Notes under the pieces: model-generated
What the model was told of the DNA's origin: nothing
Database searches by the model: none
Seen by the model: the letters and a program-made list of their open reading frames with translations, nothing else
NCBI GenBank assembly: GCA_951406725.2
Contig: OX597814.1
Location: 25,606,001-25,670,000, forward strand
Direction: 5' to 3'
DNA from: Octopus vulgaris
Taxonomy: Eukaryota
Length of the DNA stretch: 64,000 nt
Position numbers and translations under genes: made by a program
Shown here: in pieces, positions 9,270 through 22,760 of the stretch
How the letters are laid out: each line of letters starts with the position of its first letter
How positions within the stretch are numbered: position 1 is the stretch's first letter

Positions 9270-9550
9270 GTCAATTCTCCACTCTGAGAGCCCACAGTAC
9301 CGGTAAAACGGGGATGTAACTAAAATGTTGCAGCAAAGAATCACAAAACGGATTCCTCCAGTCGAACCAACTGGCAGTAGACCTAGAGATAGACCAAGAT
9401 CGAGATGGTTGGATAATAACTATAGTCTCAGTTACACACGAGTGAGAATCCAGTGTAATGACGGTTGCTTCTAATAGAACCCTATGGATGAGATGCCTGA
9501 GGATAGTAGACGGAGAAGATGGATGGATGGATTGATGAGTGGATGGATGG
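9270..9550 (+). mobile_element. Probable RTE-type LINE 3' end with (GATG)n tail
   Basis: Decayed KIRWLD-like motif followed by a GATG repeat tail, similar in design to 46090-46380. Confidence 0.35.
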
Positions 9551-10359
9551 ATATACACATACAAAAATGCAAATTTAATATTTGTGTATGTGTTTTTGTG
9601 CTCATAGGTGCATGTATGTATTTGGATGACATTTACTGGTGTATATCTGCAAAATAATGTAAATATCAATGAAGAACTAATAAATGAAGTATCTGGTGAT
9701 TGTTCAGCAGCAGTTTAAATAAATTCCCTTGGAAAAAATGTAGCCTACAGTATAATTGCTTTTCATTTGCTATATAAAATAAACGTTAGCTCCTTTGAGT
9801 TCCTTTTTCTACTTCAGTCAGATACTGTTCAAAACAGTTTCTGTGAGCACAGCTCCAGTGGTTCTTAAAGTTTGTACTATTTTACGGACTTACAGGGCTA
9901 TTTTGTTCTGACTTTGATTTTATAGTGTTGTTTTAATGCCAGTGAACAATGATGTACATGTCCACAATACATTTGTTAAAATATGGTCTCACTTCTGCAG
10001 TTCTCTATCTATATTTATCTACTGTCCCGTATTGTTTCATGTTGATATTTAAATAAGTACATTTTGTTAAAATATGCTTTCTTTTTCATTTTATTGGGTA
10101 TCGGTAGATGATGGAATTACTCTGTTGTTTGCAAGGATTTCATTAAGGGGGTCGAGTTTTCACTATTATCTCTGTAAATCATCTTATTGTGTGTCCTTCC
10201 GTAAAGTATTTCTTTCAAACTGCCATACTGGAGTATGCTTTATCTCAAATATTGCAGATAATATTATACTATTGGTAAATATACAGAATGCATAATGTAA
10301 AGACTGTCATGAGGGAGCTACAAATCATGAAATATTGAGAATTGTAGCAAAAGAACAAA

Positions 10360-10670
10360 AGAGAGAGTGTTGAAATTCAATTGTGTATTTCGTAATAATG
10401 ATGTATGGATGTGAAAGATGGTCAATTAACAAGATAGGAGGAAAATTGATTCATTGAAAACGTGGTGATGAAGAGGATTATTGAGAATATCAAGAACGAA
10501 AGAAAATCAAACGGACCGATGCTGCAGTAAGAGAAACCTGAGATTACTTTAGAAGTATTGATTATGTAACTGAGATTAAAATTCTTTGGTCACGTTATGA
10601 AGGCAGATGTTATGGAAAAGAGCATTGTGCTAGGAAAAATTGAAGGTTCGAGAAAAAGAGAATGACCACT
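10360..10670 (+). mobile_element. RTE/BovB-like LINE ORF C-terminal remnant
   Basis: Translates in pieces as MYGCERWSI...RKIDS...RLKFFGHVMKADVMEKSIVLGKIEGSRKR. Confidence 0.75.
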
Positions 10671-10808
10671 TGTTGTCCTACTCACTTAGTATAATTTGTT
10701 GCTACTGCAAGGACATCCTCTCTTATGAACTAACTAGATCTTATCACATCTAACTTCACGCAACATACAGGTCCCCTATATTTGTCATGATATACATACA
10801 TACCTACA

Positions 10809-10859
<51 letters not shown>

Positions 10860-10860
<1 letters not shown>

Positions 10861-11670
10861 ATGTCGCCATTGTTTGTTTTTGATTTTGTCCACTACACAG
10901 CATAGTAGGTTCAGTTGGGCACCGGCTGTGAGAAAAACAACACCATGACACAATTCACTCTGCCAGAAATTTGGAAACTCCATGCTGTAATTCTTGGCAT
11001 TCCAATATGAACATTTCAGAGTGTTTAGGTGCTAGTCTGTTGATAGGGCAATCTCAGGGCATGTACCGAGAGTGATAAAAATCAAATATCTAGTCACCAT
11101 CATGGTGTTTCGAGTGATCACTAGTGACGGCAACGTTACACCGTCATTCATCTTCCCACATGGCCTCAGACTCAATAAGGAGGCCAACATCAAGTGCCTA
11201 GAGGATGAAGTACTGCCTTGGGTCAAGAGGATGTCGGCTGGAAACCCTATGTCTGGCAACACAAGCAGGAGAACTCAGTCATGGCTGTCAGACAATTTCT
11301 GTGACCACACCACCCCTAATATCAGACCACTGAACTCCCCAGACTGTAACCCCTTTCATTATTTTGTGTGGAGCGCAGCTGAGCGAGAGACTAACAAAAC
11401 TTCTTGTAATACGAAAGATGAACTGAAGGCAAGCATTATGGCAGCATTCACCAAGTTAAAACTAAAGAGACCCTCCAGAAGAGTTGCAGGAGATCCCGAA
11501 GTCGTTTGGAGGGCGTGGTTGAAGCCAATGGTAATTTTACTGAATAAATTTACTCTTTAGTACTTCACGATATTTTAATGCAATTTTGTTAACTCTATCT
11601 TCTAAAATGAGATGTCAGTGTTATTTTCATTTTTGCGTAATTTCGACGACAGTTTATTCGCTTCACCCTA
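10860..11670 (+). mobile_element. Tc1/mariner-superfamily transposon remnant
   Basis: ORF 11072-11560 contains PLNSPDCNPFHYFVWSAAERETNK...NTKDELK (third catalytic D region). TIR-like end ...TTTATTCGCTTCACCCTA. Confidence 0.8.
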
Positions 11671-11759
11671 TACACACGCGCGCGCACGCGTGTGTGTGTA
11701 TAATAAAGAGAGTAGGGGCGGTATATAGATAAATACACAAACACGTATACAGACACACA

Positions 11760-12123
11760 CATATATAGTTTTAAGATAATAAACATCAAGAGAAACAACA
11801 CAGAAATTACAAAGTCCACCAAATATAATATTAGTTTAACGCTTCAATAGAAAAGAGAGTTTCTTAATGTTTCGGATGTTAGACCTTCATCAGAGGGAAA
11901 GAGTGAAAGAGAGAAGTATTCGGATAGGGAGGAAGAGAAATTGTCAGCATATTCAGAAAAGAAAATATGAAGAGAAATAGAGAAGGAAGGTGAAGGGTTA
12001 GAAACCAGGGAGAAATTCTGTTGTGTGGGAGAGTTAAAGGAGGAAGGTGTGTATATAGATGAATATAAGAGTGAATTTGTGTTTAGAAACGCACATTAGG
12101 AAGAGTAAGGATGTTAAATAGCA

Positions 12124-12158
<35 letters not shown>

Positions 12159-12316
12159 TGTAGATGTGTAGAGGTGTCGAAATATCTTCACATTTGTTTG
12201 ATATGGGCGTTGATGTGTGTATAATTGTTAGACGGCTTGTATGTAGTGTGTATGTAAGGAGGTGATATGGTTTAGGAGAATGTGAGAATAAAGGTATTGA
12301 TGAAGCACATGGTACC

Positions 12317-12320
<4 letters not shown>
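11760..12320 (-). mobile_element. Penelope-like pLTR fragment with hammerhead core
   Basis: Minus strand CTGATGA-aggtctaacatcc-GAAA-CATTA at 11860-11898. Bounded by TA-rich microsatellites. Confidence 0.55.
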
Positions 12321-12373
<53 letters not shown>

Positions 12374-12985
12374 AGAGATGGAGAGAAAGGTAGAGAGCGA
12401 AAGGAAGAAAGAGAAACGAGCCGTATACAACAGCATTTTTTTTATCTTTACTCTTTTGATAATTTCAAATGTGAAGTAAACATTGCAAATTTGTCTTTAC
12501 TAAACACGGAATCAACATTGATCGAGATGTATCAACTCTAATTGCTTAAGCACTGGCATAAAACACCTTTAGCAAGTTGTGTCTTATTAAACTTACTGTG
12601 TATTGTGCCAGAGTTTTTCAGCAAAAACACCTTTGTCCAAATATTACGTCGCCTTGACCATGAACCTCTGCACACCCAGATTCGACCAGCATACTCACAA
12701 AGTTAGAAACTTGATCAAAAAATAAGACACCATTTTATATTTAGGATCCTTTTACGACCAAAAGACTAAGTACTCTGTAAATAAGATTAAGCCATTTTTC
12801 TTTAGACTTCACTGAGTTATTTATAATAGAAGAAAAGGAAATAAACATTGAAACTAGTGAGGTGAATATTTTTCTGACCACAGCGAGTAAGATTCCTGAT
12901 GTGACCACTTTGTCAACATTTTATTGTCAGGGTAAACTGCACAGTTTGTAAAAACAACCGGTTGGAATATCTATTTAATATTTGA

Positions 12986-13379
12986 CTAGCAGTATCGCCC
13001 GGCGTTGCTCGGGTTTGTAAGGGAAATAACTATATAAGCATTTTTAGAGATGTAAAGTATAATAGCTATCTCAATATGGCTAACCACAAGGGGGGGGGTT
13101 GTTACTGTAGCTTTTTACTTTCTGAGATTTAATAAATTTTTAGAGAGTTACTTCCCTTATATATGCCAAAAATGCATTAAAAATGGGAAAAATTGATGGT
13201 AATTTTTTTTTTAATCGTAGACTCATCGTAGACGCGCGCTAATACCCAGAAGGGCTCGATATGAATCACGACTATAAGATACCCGGTTTTGGTTAAACTG
13301 CACCGTAAAATGTAGGAGTAGTTAGGAATCTAAATCGTAGGAGACAGACAGCACACAACCTCACTTTTATATATAAAGA
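12986..13379 (-). mobile_element. Non-autonomous Helitron
   Basis: Minus strand A|TC...CCCGAGCAACGCCGGG hairpin...CTAG|T, a canonical AT insertion. Shares its 3' end with the element at 6584. Confidence 0.85.
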
Positions 13380-14161
13380 TAAAGCTTCGGTGTTATATTT
13401 CTTTCACTTACCGAATTATTGCTCTAAGTATATACATATATTTGTGTCTATGTACATATACAAGCTGTATTTGCGGATATTATCTGCAACGAACATTCCA
13501 TTTCCCAATTAACAAAAATCTGTGACCTACATATTGAAAATCTGGTGATAATTTTATTGAATGAATGGTTAAATTATCGATCGTAGTTCTTATTTCAATC
13601 TGCGTCTTATTTTATCGATCTTTATTTATCAAATCTCTCAATTATGCTTTGATACAGCGCTATTTTTACACTAGTAAATGTAAACTCAGACATGCACACA
13701 TAAACACCACACGCACATGTGTGTGAGTGTCTGTGTGTGTGTGTGTGTGTGTATGTGTGTGTGTGTAAGACCAGCTCAGCACAATCTACATCGATAAAAC
13801 TTAACGTACAATGTATCTTCAACTCGAGGTTACGGTAGCATATACTTGTCCAAGATATAACGGATTAAGATTAAACTTGGATCGGCGTGGTTTGCAAAGT
13901 ATACTTTTTTAACCTTACGACTATGTCAGCGCCTATTCACACACACAGTGAAGGTCTGATAAGTTAAGTGACCATAAGTTGAAGGCTCATACAACTGACC
14001 CTTCCTAAGTTGGCATTAAACCATTACGAAGTCAAACGTGCTACTCTGAAGAGACAGGAGATTGGCTTTCCTTCAGATATCTGCGCCTTTGTAAATGCTA
14101 ATAGTGTAGCATCCTTTAAGGTTTTCTGTTTACCGAATTAAGGTGAGTCATATCCTAAGCT

Positions 14162-14420
14162 GTGGAGGCGTGTGGATAGTAGTTAGAGGTGTTGGACTCA
14201 TGATCGTAAGATTGCGGTTTCAATTCTTTGACTGGGTGACGTGTTGTGTTTTTGAGCAAAACGCTTCTTTTCACGTTGCTTCAGCCCACCCAGCTTGCAA
14301 AAAATGAGTAATACTGCGACGGACCGGCGTCCGATCCAGTGGGTAAATATACACCACAAAAACCGGGAAATCGGTCCTTACGAATCATTTGGGTTCGAGA
14401 AGGATGTTTTATCCTTATCT
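14162..14420 (+). mobile_element. tRNA-derived SINE (family D)
   Basis: tRNA-like head and CTGCGACGGACCGGCGTCC body; homologous to 55771-56012. Confidence 0.75.
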
Positions 14421-15443
14421 CCTAGGCTGGAATATTTATTAGCAAAAACGAAAAATATTTTAAATATCTAAGAGTTAAATAATAGAATGAATTCAATAAT
14501 ATGTGCACCTACTTTCATGATAAGATCTAAGCGATATGAAGCTTGCTTACTTTTAACTACTTGCTTCTCTTTGATTGAAATACAAATGAGGATAGTTCTA
14601 AAAATTATCTTTGAAAAGAAGAGACTTTTGTTCATTGTACACACCTGATGCTGGTCTTTATGTCATTACTCGAGTTTAACTCTTTGTGATATTTTTCAGG
14701 TAACCTTATTTGTATTAAGAAAAGCATTTTAAGATGTTTTTAGGACATATTCAGTTGATTGTCTCAGACCGCATTCGTTTGCGTAAAGTTCATGGTTTTG
14801 ATTGAAGTGTTCCACTCTAGTAAAAATAACCCATGATTTATAAATATATATTAGTGATGTTATGTTTTCTGAGATCAGTTTAAGACTTTACGATGAGTAA
14901 TATGCTTTTAAGCGGGAACGACTCTCTTCTGTACTTTTGCGATTGCTTTTAGATGGTATTAATCCAGCTTGCACTTTGAAATTATCTTGAACTGAAATAT
15001 GTTAAAAGGATGAAAATTGAATTTTTCTGATGCAAATAAGGAAAAGATTCTATCTCTTCTATTCAAGACATAATAAGGGTATAGGATATAACCTACTGTA
15101 TAGAATAAATCCATTAACATATGGCATGGATTTTTCTACTGTTCTCCACTTGACTGTATACGGTCTGGTGTTGGACTTCAAACCCCATAGAAATTACTTT
15201 ACGGTCAAATTTGACAAAACTGTAATTTTCATTTTTCTTTTTCTTTTTTCCGTTTTGCTTAACCCGTCCACTTTTTGCATCCAGTTTCTCGTTTTCTCTT
15301 GATTTCTCTTGTTCCAGCGTCCATATTTGTAAACTGAATAGGCCATGTGCTCAGAGCTAGAATATTGCTTGGAGACTCAAGGCATGTTAAAAAACCTGTC
15401 TAGGCTCGCGTCTCCACTGCATGAAACTATAAACTGTGTACAT

Positions 15444-15474
<31 letters not shown>

Positions 15475-15800
15475 CTATATACTGTGTACATTATATATAT
15501 AAATGTAAGCATACACAAACACAAATAAAATACAGTCACAAGACATTATTGATAACTCCCGGCATACATTTGTCTGAAGAGTCATCAATCTTGTCTAATG
15601 GCAATTCAACTCAAAACCGGCAGTCACGTTCAGACCAGTGAGATTCTATAGCCAGCAATATATTGTGTGACGATATAAAAACACACGCATACATACATAT
15701 AAATACGTACACACACACATAAATATATATAAATATATATACGAGATTTTTTTCTTATATTTGTTACTTTGTTTATATATGCTTATTATTACTGCTTAGT

Positions 15801-16010
15801 AAGGCAGAAACTGGCAGAAACGTTAGCACGCCGGGCGAAATACTTAGCGGCATTTCGTCTGTCTTTACGGTTTGAGTACAAATTCCGTCGAGGTCGACTT
15901 TGCCTTTCATCCTTTCGGGAACGATAAATTAAGTACCAGTTGCGCACTGGAGTCGATCTGATCGACTGCCCCCCTCCCCAAAAGTTACCTGGAGTAGAAA
16001 AGATTATTAT
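15801..16010 (+). mobile_element. SINE (family B)
   Basis: Contains GTCGACTTTGCCTTTCATCCTTTCGGG...GATAAATTAAGTACC, a central domain repeated many times in the window. Confidence 0.85.
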
Positions 16011-16641
16011 CGTTTAATCACAAAACATTGAATGTAATTTTTTTAATGATAAAACTAACGTGTTTACTAATATATTGATTTAGCGCCAACGCAACACCCA
16101 AGGAAAACGATTCCTCAAAGTTTGTGAACTATCATTATAGTATTCAGGGGAATCTAATTTCACTCTAATGCATTAATATGACAGGTAGTATCCTGGCTTT
16201 AACCATTAAAATTATTTTTGAAATACGTTTTACTGTAGCAAATGTTTTTTTTAAAATTTCGGTAGAATTAATTCGTTATTTCTTTCATCGAGGATACATT
16301 ATAACATCACTTATCTTGCGATGGAAATACTTGCTTAGCTGTAATATATTATTTCTTTTATAAGATAATCATAATTATCTGAAATCCATTTTCATATAAT
16401 TTACACCAAGTGTGAATGAAATGAGTTACTACTTCTCATTAATTCTTTTCTGCTTCTCAGCTCAAAATAGCGTTCTTTATATTTTTTTCTCCAAGTTGAT
16501 ACACTTAATCAGCAACCCAATATTCGTCCCTAATTTTTGTCATCAATTTTCCCCATTATATTCAAAATACTTAATTTTTCTTTCTTAAAATCATTAGCAC
16601 CTATTGTTAATTTCATGCAATTTTTCATTAAAGTAATGTAC

Positions 16642-16652
16642 TGTTGTTGTTG

Positions 16653-16714
<62 letters not shown>

Positions 16715-16732
16715 GTTATTATTATTATTATT
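16642..16732. repeat. (TGT)n(TAT)n microsatellite
   Basis: Read directly from the sequence. Confidence 0.95.
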
Positions 16733-17120
16733 AAGGTGTTTAGCTGCCAGAACCGTTAGCACGCCGGGCGAAATGCCTAGCAGTATTTCGACTGCCGTTA
16801 CGTTCTGAGTTCAAATTCCGCCGAGGTCGACTTTGCCTTTCATCCTTTCGGGATCGATTAAATAAATACCAATTACGTACTGAGGTCGATATAATCGACT
16901 TAACCCGTTTGTCTGTCCTTGTTTGTCCTCTCTGTGTTTAGCCCCTTGTGGGTAGTAAAGAAATAGGTATTTCGTCCGTCACCATGTTTTGTGTTCAAAT
17001 TCTGCTGAGGTCTACCTTCATCTTTTCGAGGCCGATGAAATAAGTACTAGGGGTTAACGTAATCGACTAGCCCCTGCCCCATAATTTCAGGCCTTGTGCC
17101 TTTAGTAGAAAAAATATTAT
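16733..17120 (+). mobile_element. SINE family B, dimeric/composite copy
   Basis: One full unit followed by a second partial body starting near 16968. Confidence 0.8.
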
Positions 17121-17130
17121 TGTTTATTAT

Positions 17131-17184
<54 letters not shown>

Positions 17185-17200
17185 CAGCAGCAGCAGTAGC

Positions 17201-17297
<97 letters not shown>
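17131..17297. repeat. (AGT)n/(AGC)n compound microsatellite
   Basis: Read directly from the sequence. Confidence 0.95.
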
Positions 17298-17314
17298 TCG
17301 TTATTGTTATTATT

Positions 17315-17528
17315 AAGGCGGCGAGCTGGTAGAATCGTTAGCACACCGGTCAAAATGCTTAGCAGTATTTCGTCCGTCTTCAAGTTCTAAGTTCGAATTC
17401 CGCCGAGACCGACTTTGTCTTTCATCTTTTCGGGGTTAATAAATTAAGTACCAGTGAAACACTGGGGTCGATGTAATCAACTAGTCCCCTCCCGCAAAAT
17501 TTCAGGCATTGTGCCTTTAGTAGAAAGG

Positions 17529-17531
<3 letters not shown>
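17315..17531 (+). mobile_element. SINE family B with (TAA)n tail
   Basis: Same consensus as 15801. Confidence 0.88.
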
Positions 17532-17587
<56 letters not shown>

Positions 17588-17589
<2 letters not shown>

Positions 17590-18137
17590 GCCCTGTACCA
17601 GGCAGTGGCTCCCATGGCTTCTGATCTTAACTGATTGGAAGTGTTATCATGTACATTGTTTTGTCTTGGTATAAAAGATGGGCTACAGCAAATATTCTGC
17701 TCAATACCACAGATTTGCTTGTCAGTTGTTTGACCTTAACCAGTTGAGCATGTCCCTTAGTGGCTGACGATATGTGCATCTCTGATCACGAGCAGAAGTA
17801 GTGGGGGAGCATCATAGCCATGTGTTGAGAGGGATTCTTTGGGGTTTGAATAATTCACCTCTGGAAACATGGGTGGTTCTTTCAACATCCTTAAACAACC
17901 CTTATTCAGGGACCTTTTGAGCGGGATGGGCTACTCAACCTGAAGAAAATTCTAACTGGGCCCCACCTGCGAGGTCATGCGCTGTTTATCTTGATATGAG
18001 ATCACCATGTCGCGCACATATGGTTGTGATGCATGTGCCTGGTGTGCCCTTATCAAACGGGTAGTCATGATGGATATATTGGGCTTCGTATATTTTACCC
18101 CAGTGTCACTTTGATGGCATGAACTGCTCTCTCACTC
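17588..18137. mobile_element. ~550-bp non-coding element embedded in a (TAA)n microsatellite
   Basis: Higher-GC block flanked on both sides by (AAT)n; no ORF. Confidence 0.5.
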
Positions 18138-18819
18138 AATAATAATAATAATAATGATAATAATAATAATAATTATTATAATAATAATAATAACCATAAC
18201 CTAGTTGCTTTTCAAACTTCTTGTTTGAATTTTCATTCATGGATCATTTAAATGTTAACACAACCTCCACGGTAAGTTGGAGATCTAGATTACCTTTTGG
18301 TATCAATGATGCTTCTGTCGCTATTATTTGTTTTTTATAAGCCCCACTAGCTATTTACGACACCAGTGCCTGAACAGACACTGAAAATTTATATATCGTT
18401 GACGGGAGATTCGGCTGGTATCGCACTGCTGGATATCTGTCACTGAAGAACCTACAGCAGGGTGAAATCAAGTTATATAGCAGTCTCGACAGCTGTAGCA
18501 GTCGGTTCTTATCTATTAACGATATATTTCGAGTGCTTTTATGCGCCACGCGTCCTTATGAAAGATTCTCTCAAGGCAAAAAATGCAATATTTTGTGTCC
18601 TAACACTATCTCCACATTAAGTTGGAGATCAAGATTATGTTATGATACATGTTCTGATAATGTGACCTTTTGATTCTCTGTACTGGTTAGATTATTAATA
18701 ATTAGCTATTTTCAGTCTATTCACACATTTTCTCAGGAAATAGTTTAATTGCAATTCATTGAAATTTTGACAATCATAATCCAGATTCTAAAAAAAATGC
18801 TTTAATAGTTTAGCCTGAT

Positions 18820-19260
18820 AAAGCGGACTTGACAGAATCGTTTGCACGCCGGGAAAAATGCATAACAGCAATTAGTCTGTCTTTATGTTGAGTCTAAATA
18901 CCACCGAGGGTGACTTTGGTTTTCCTATTTTCGGGGTCGATAAAATAAGTTCTAGTTTAGAACTGGGATCGATCTAATCGACCTATCCATCCTCCTAAAT
19001 TGCTGGACAGATGCCAAAACTTGAAAGCAATATTTTAGCCTGACTGAGAGCAGTGAACTGGCAGAATCATTAGCACAGTGGGTCAAATGCATGCAGCAAT
19101 CTGTACGGCTTTACGTTCTGAGTTCAAATTCCGCCGAGGTCGACTTTGCTTTTCATCCTTTTTGGTCGATAAAATAATTATCAGCTGAGCACAGGAGTCA
19201 ATGTAATCGACTTACCTACCCCGTAATTACTGGTCTTGTGCCAAAATTTGAAACTAGTAT
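18820..19260 (+). mobile_element. Two tandem diverged family B SINEs
   Basis: Units at about 18820-19030 and 19046-19260. Confidence 0.8.
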
Positions 19261-19558
19261 TTCAGCCTGATTATGTATGGTTTGTAAAGAAGTCAGCCCT
19301 AATTTCACTTATATAAAAAGATACAACAGTAAATTTAATGGCGACATCCATTACGTTAACTTAGAGGAAAATATCTTGATACAGAGAATCTCAAATAATT
19401 AATGTAAAAGCAAACATCATAAATAATGAATATGTTGGCTAACATACATGCACACCAAACAATTTTACTTTTTATTTCTTCTGAATCCAACTTATTTAAT
19501 ACTGTATGAACATTAGAGCACAGCCATCAAATCTATTGCCGAGAATTTTTTTACTTAA

Positions 19559-19600
<42 letters not shown>

Positions 19601-22546
19601 TCATATATATGTATATGTGTGTGAGAGGGAGAGAGGGGGAGAGAGAGAGTAAGAGTGTGTGTGTGTACACGCATACATATATATTCATAAATAATTAACA
19701 TTCATTATATCTGAAACTATATAGAATAAATAGCTTGCTACCACACTAAACATGAAATAAAGTTGTTTTTTATATTCATATGAGATGTGCTCTGAGTTGT
19801 GTGCGTATGTTTATTTATTTATTATTTTTTTACAGTTTACAAAATGCAAATTTTATGAATGTTTTATCGACAAATCTTTTGTAAGAAATTTAAGATCGAA
19901 AACCGTTTCTGTAAGAATCTATGGCTTCCTGTGAGGATATAATCATTGCGTGGTATACCTAAGCTACAAACAAATAAATAATCAAAACAATGAATGTTTG
20001 TAGCAGAATGTTTGTCCGTGCAGAGATTGGACAATATCACAATTCTTAGTAACATTTGGCATAGCGAATAAAGTTTTGCCAGAAAAATACAACTTTTGCT
20101 CTAGAATTTTAAGTTTTTCTAATAAATAAAAGCTACACTTAGCACTTGATTTATATTTTTCTTGCATTTTATTTGTAGTAAAAGTTCGGCATTTATTTTA
20201 TTATTTTGTTTGTGTCTATCACGATGTTTTATTTAAAAATCAATATTCAAAGATGGGAAACGTTTTGGGAAAACAAGAGTAAAATATGAAAACATTATTT
20301 GCTGATGGCTGAAATACACATGCTGTGAAGCAAAACAATTTCTACCACACAAGATGTTGACTTAGCAATCAGTCCAACTATCCTGCTTTAACTGAAAGGC
20401 CGTGTTTGAGATATAAATGGGAACAGACTTTTAATGGAATTAACCAGAATTATGCTTCTGCAATTGCTAATGTATTGCAAACATTTCAGATATTATTTAC
20501 GGTAAGTGCGAAAATACCATCCACAACGTAAAAACCAAAATTCAATAATTCACATATTTTTTTTTTATTTGTTTTTGATAAGGTTTTGTAGCAGAATATG
20601 ATATATTATGCTATGTATACCTGCAGGTGTCAGGCCAAAAATGTAACAAACTATGTAAATAACATGATTGTATGTATAAATATGTACAAAGTGATATTGC
20701 TCTGGTATGCAAAATTGTTGGCAGGATAGGTAAACATGATAAAAATGAAGAAATAATAACTCCCTGCAATGATCATGGTGATTATTATAATCAACATCAC
20801 AATCCTCATATTCACTATAAAAAATAAGATAGCAAGAAGACAAAACATGGATGAACATTAGCAAAAAATTTCCCTGCAAGATTGTTGACCAACAGAAGGA
20901 CAATAAAATGAAGATTTCTAATCAGTAGCTTTACCTTCTTCAATCTGTAAAACTTATTCCGAAGTCAAAATAAACAATGCACTTTATTTTGTAACTGGTT
21001 ATCTCTTTATTAATTTTTATCCTCTGGTTATTAATTTTTTTTTATTATTACTATTATGGGTCTGTTATTCCTGCTGCAAGAAACAATCCATTGGAACAAT
21101 AGTGCAATGTTTTATGTCAACATACTATCGTGCAAGCTTCGAATCCCAAAACAGTAGAGCATGAAGCAAATTAAGGTAATGTACACAGAAGTTTCAGAAT
21201 CTGAATCAGAGACTGTAAATTTGTATATTTAGCTTGCGGTAGATATCATTGGCATTGTTGTGATTATATTTATGCGCCTATTTATTTACTTGGAATCAAT
21301 GTTTGCTAAAAGATTATTCTAGCCATCCTTTTCGTTGCATTACACCAATATAACTGAATTATCTATTTGCGCTGGAAATTAGTGTTTCGTACAGGAAATG
21401 AATAGACACGAATATTATTGAAGGATATATTGATAGATATCTTTGATTCTTATCTAAAACATTTGGGCTGTTCTTACATGCATAAGATGAGCAATTTTAC
21501 ATGAAAAGCTTTCTATAGCATTTTATTTATGTTAAATATTTCTAGAATAATATTGAATCTCGAATTTCTTACCTTGGTAAGTCATATAGATGGCAAAAAG
21601 TATAATGTATCTCTGAAAAAATGTTACATTAGAGTAGGTTTTATGACAATAAGGTGTAATACAGAGCTCTCGAGCTATTTCATATTACTTTTAGGTGATT
21701 TGGTACCTACATCCCTAAGCTAAAAGCAAATTAAGTGTACAGCTTAAATACATAATTAAATGAGCGTAGCTGAACTGAACTCAAGATCTATCAGCTGGTT
21801 GATTGATACCTATAAATATATATTTAATCATTATTATTCAAAATATATATTTAAGCCAGCTTAATGGGAAATAAATAAATGAAAATGTGTTTCTGCCATA
21901 AAAGTGCCAATAAGTAGTTTTAATAGCAGCTTTATCGCAATTTTCAGTCACTAATCTGAAAGCGCTAAGGCAAATCACATAGAGGCATCTATGCAAAAAG
22001 ATGAAGAGGATAAACAACTGAGAAATTATAGTACTGTGAAAGGTCGCATGAATCTGTCGAAAAGAGAGTGAATATGTTACAGACGAGAAAGTAAAAAAGA
22101 GATAGCCTCATACCTAAATCTATACTGACTCTACTAACAAAGACTAAAAACTCTAACCAACGAGGTCATGCTAGTCTTGTCGTCTCTAACAAAACGAACA
22201 TTGTGCGTATCAAGAAAACATCGTAGTTCACGATGCATGACCAGTATACAAGTAGGGACCTTTCTTCTGACCAAGGTACATCGTTAGTATGGCAAACATT
22301 GCATTACAAAACAAGCCTTCCTCTTTAGTGCCAGAAAATACTTTTCTCGAAATAAACAACTTATCTTCTACAAAGTTCAAGTAAGACTCTCGATCGAGTA
22401 GGGCTGTGACATCTAGGAGAGTGATAGCATTTCACGTTCGTGCATCCTCGACCGCAAACCCCAAGTACTATACTATTGAGAGATATGAACTTCTGATATA
22501 GATAGGCTAGCCGCCTTTGCCATTATATTAATATTGAAACACAGTT

Positions 22547-22760
22547 AAAGCGGTGAGCTGGTAGAATTGTTAGCGCTCCGGGCAAAATGTTTAGCGGCAT
22601 TTCGCCCGTCTTTACGTTCTGAGTTCAAATTCCGCCGAGGTCGACTTTGCCTGTTCATCCTTTTGGAGTCGATAAGATAAGTATCAGTCGAGTACTGGAG
22701 TCAATGTTATCAACTTACTCCCACCCCGAAGTTGCTGGCCTTGTGCCAAAATTTGTAATC
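22547..22760 (+). mobile_element. SINE family B
   Basis: Matches the other family B copies. Confidence 0.85.

Noticed and set aside
15570-15637. Hammerhead-like CTGAAGA...AAAAccggcagTC
   Set aside because: GAAA box mutated and stems I/II poorly paired; too weak to call.
16537-17383. Poly-Y, poly-S and poly-T ORFs, and the YIYI/THTH/CVCV ORFs throughout the window
   Set aside because: Translations of microsatellites.
18075-18137. HDV-like ribozyme at the end of the TAA-embedded element
   Set aside because: I could not build consistent P1/P2 pairings by eye.
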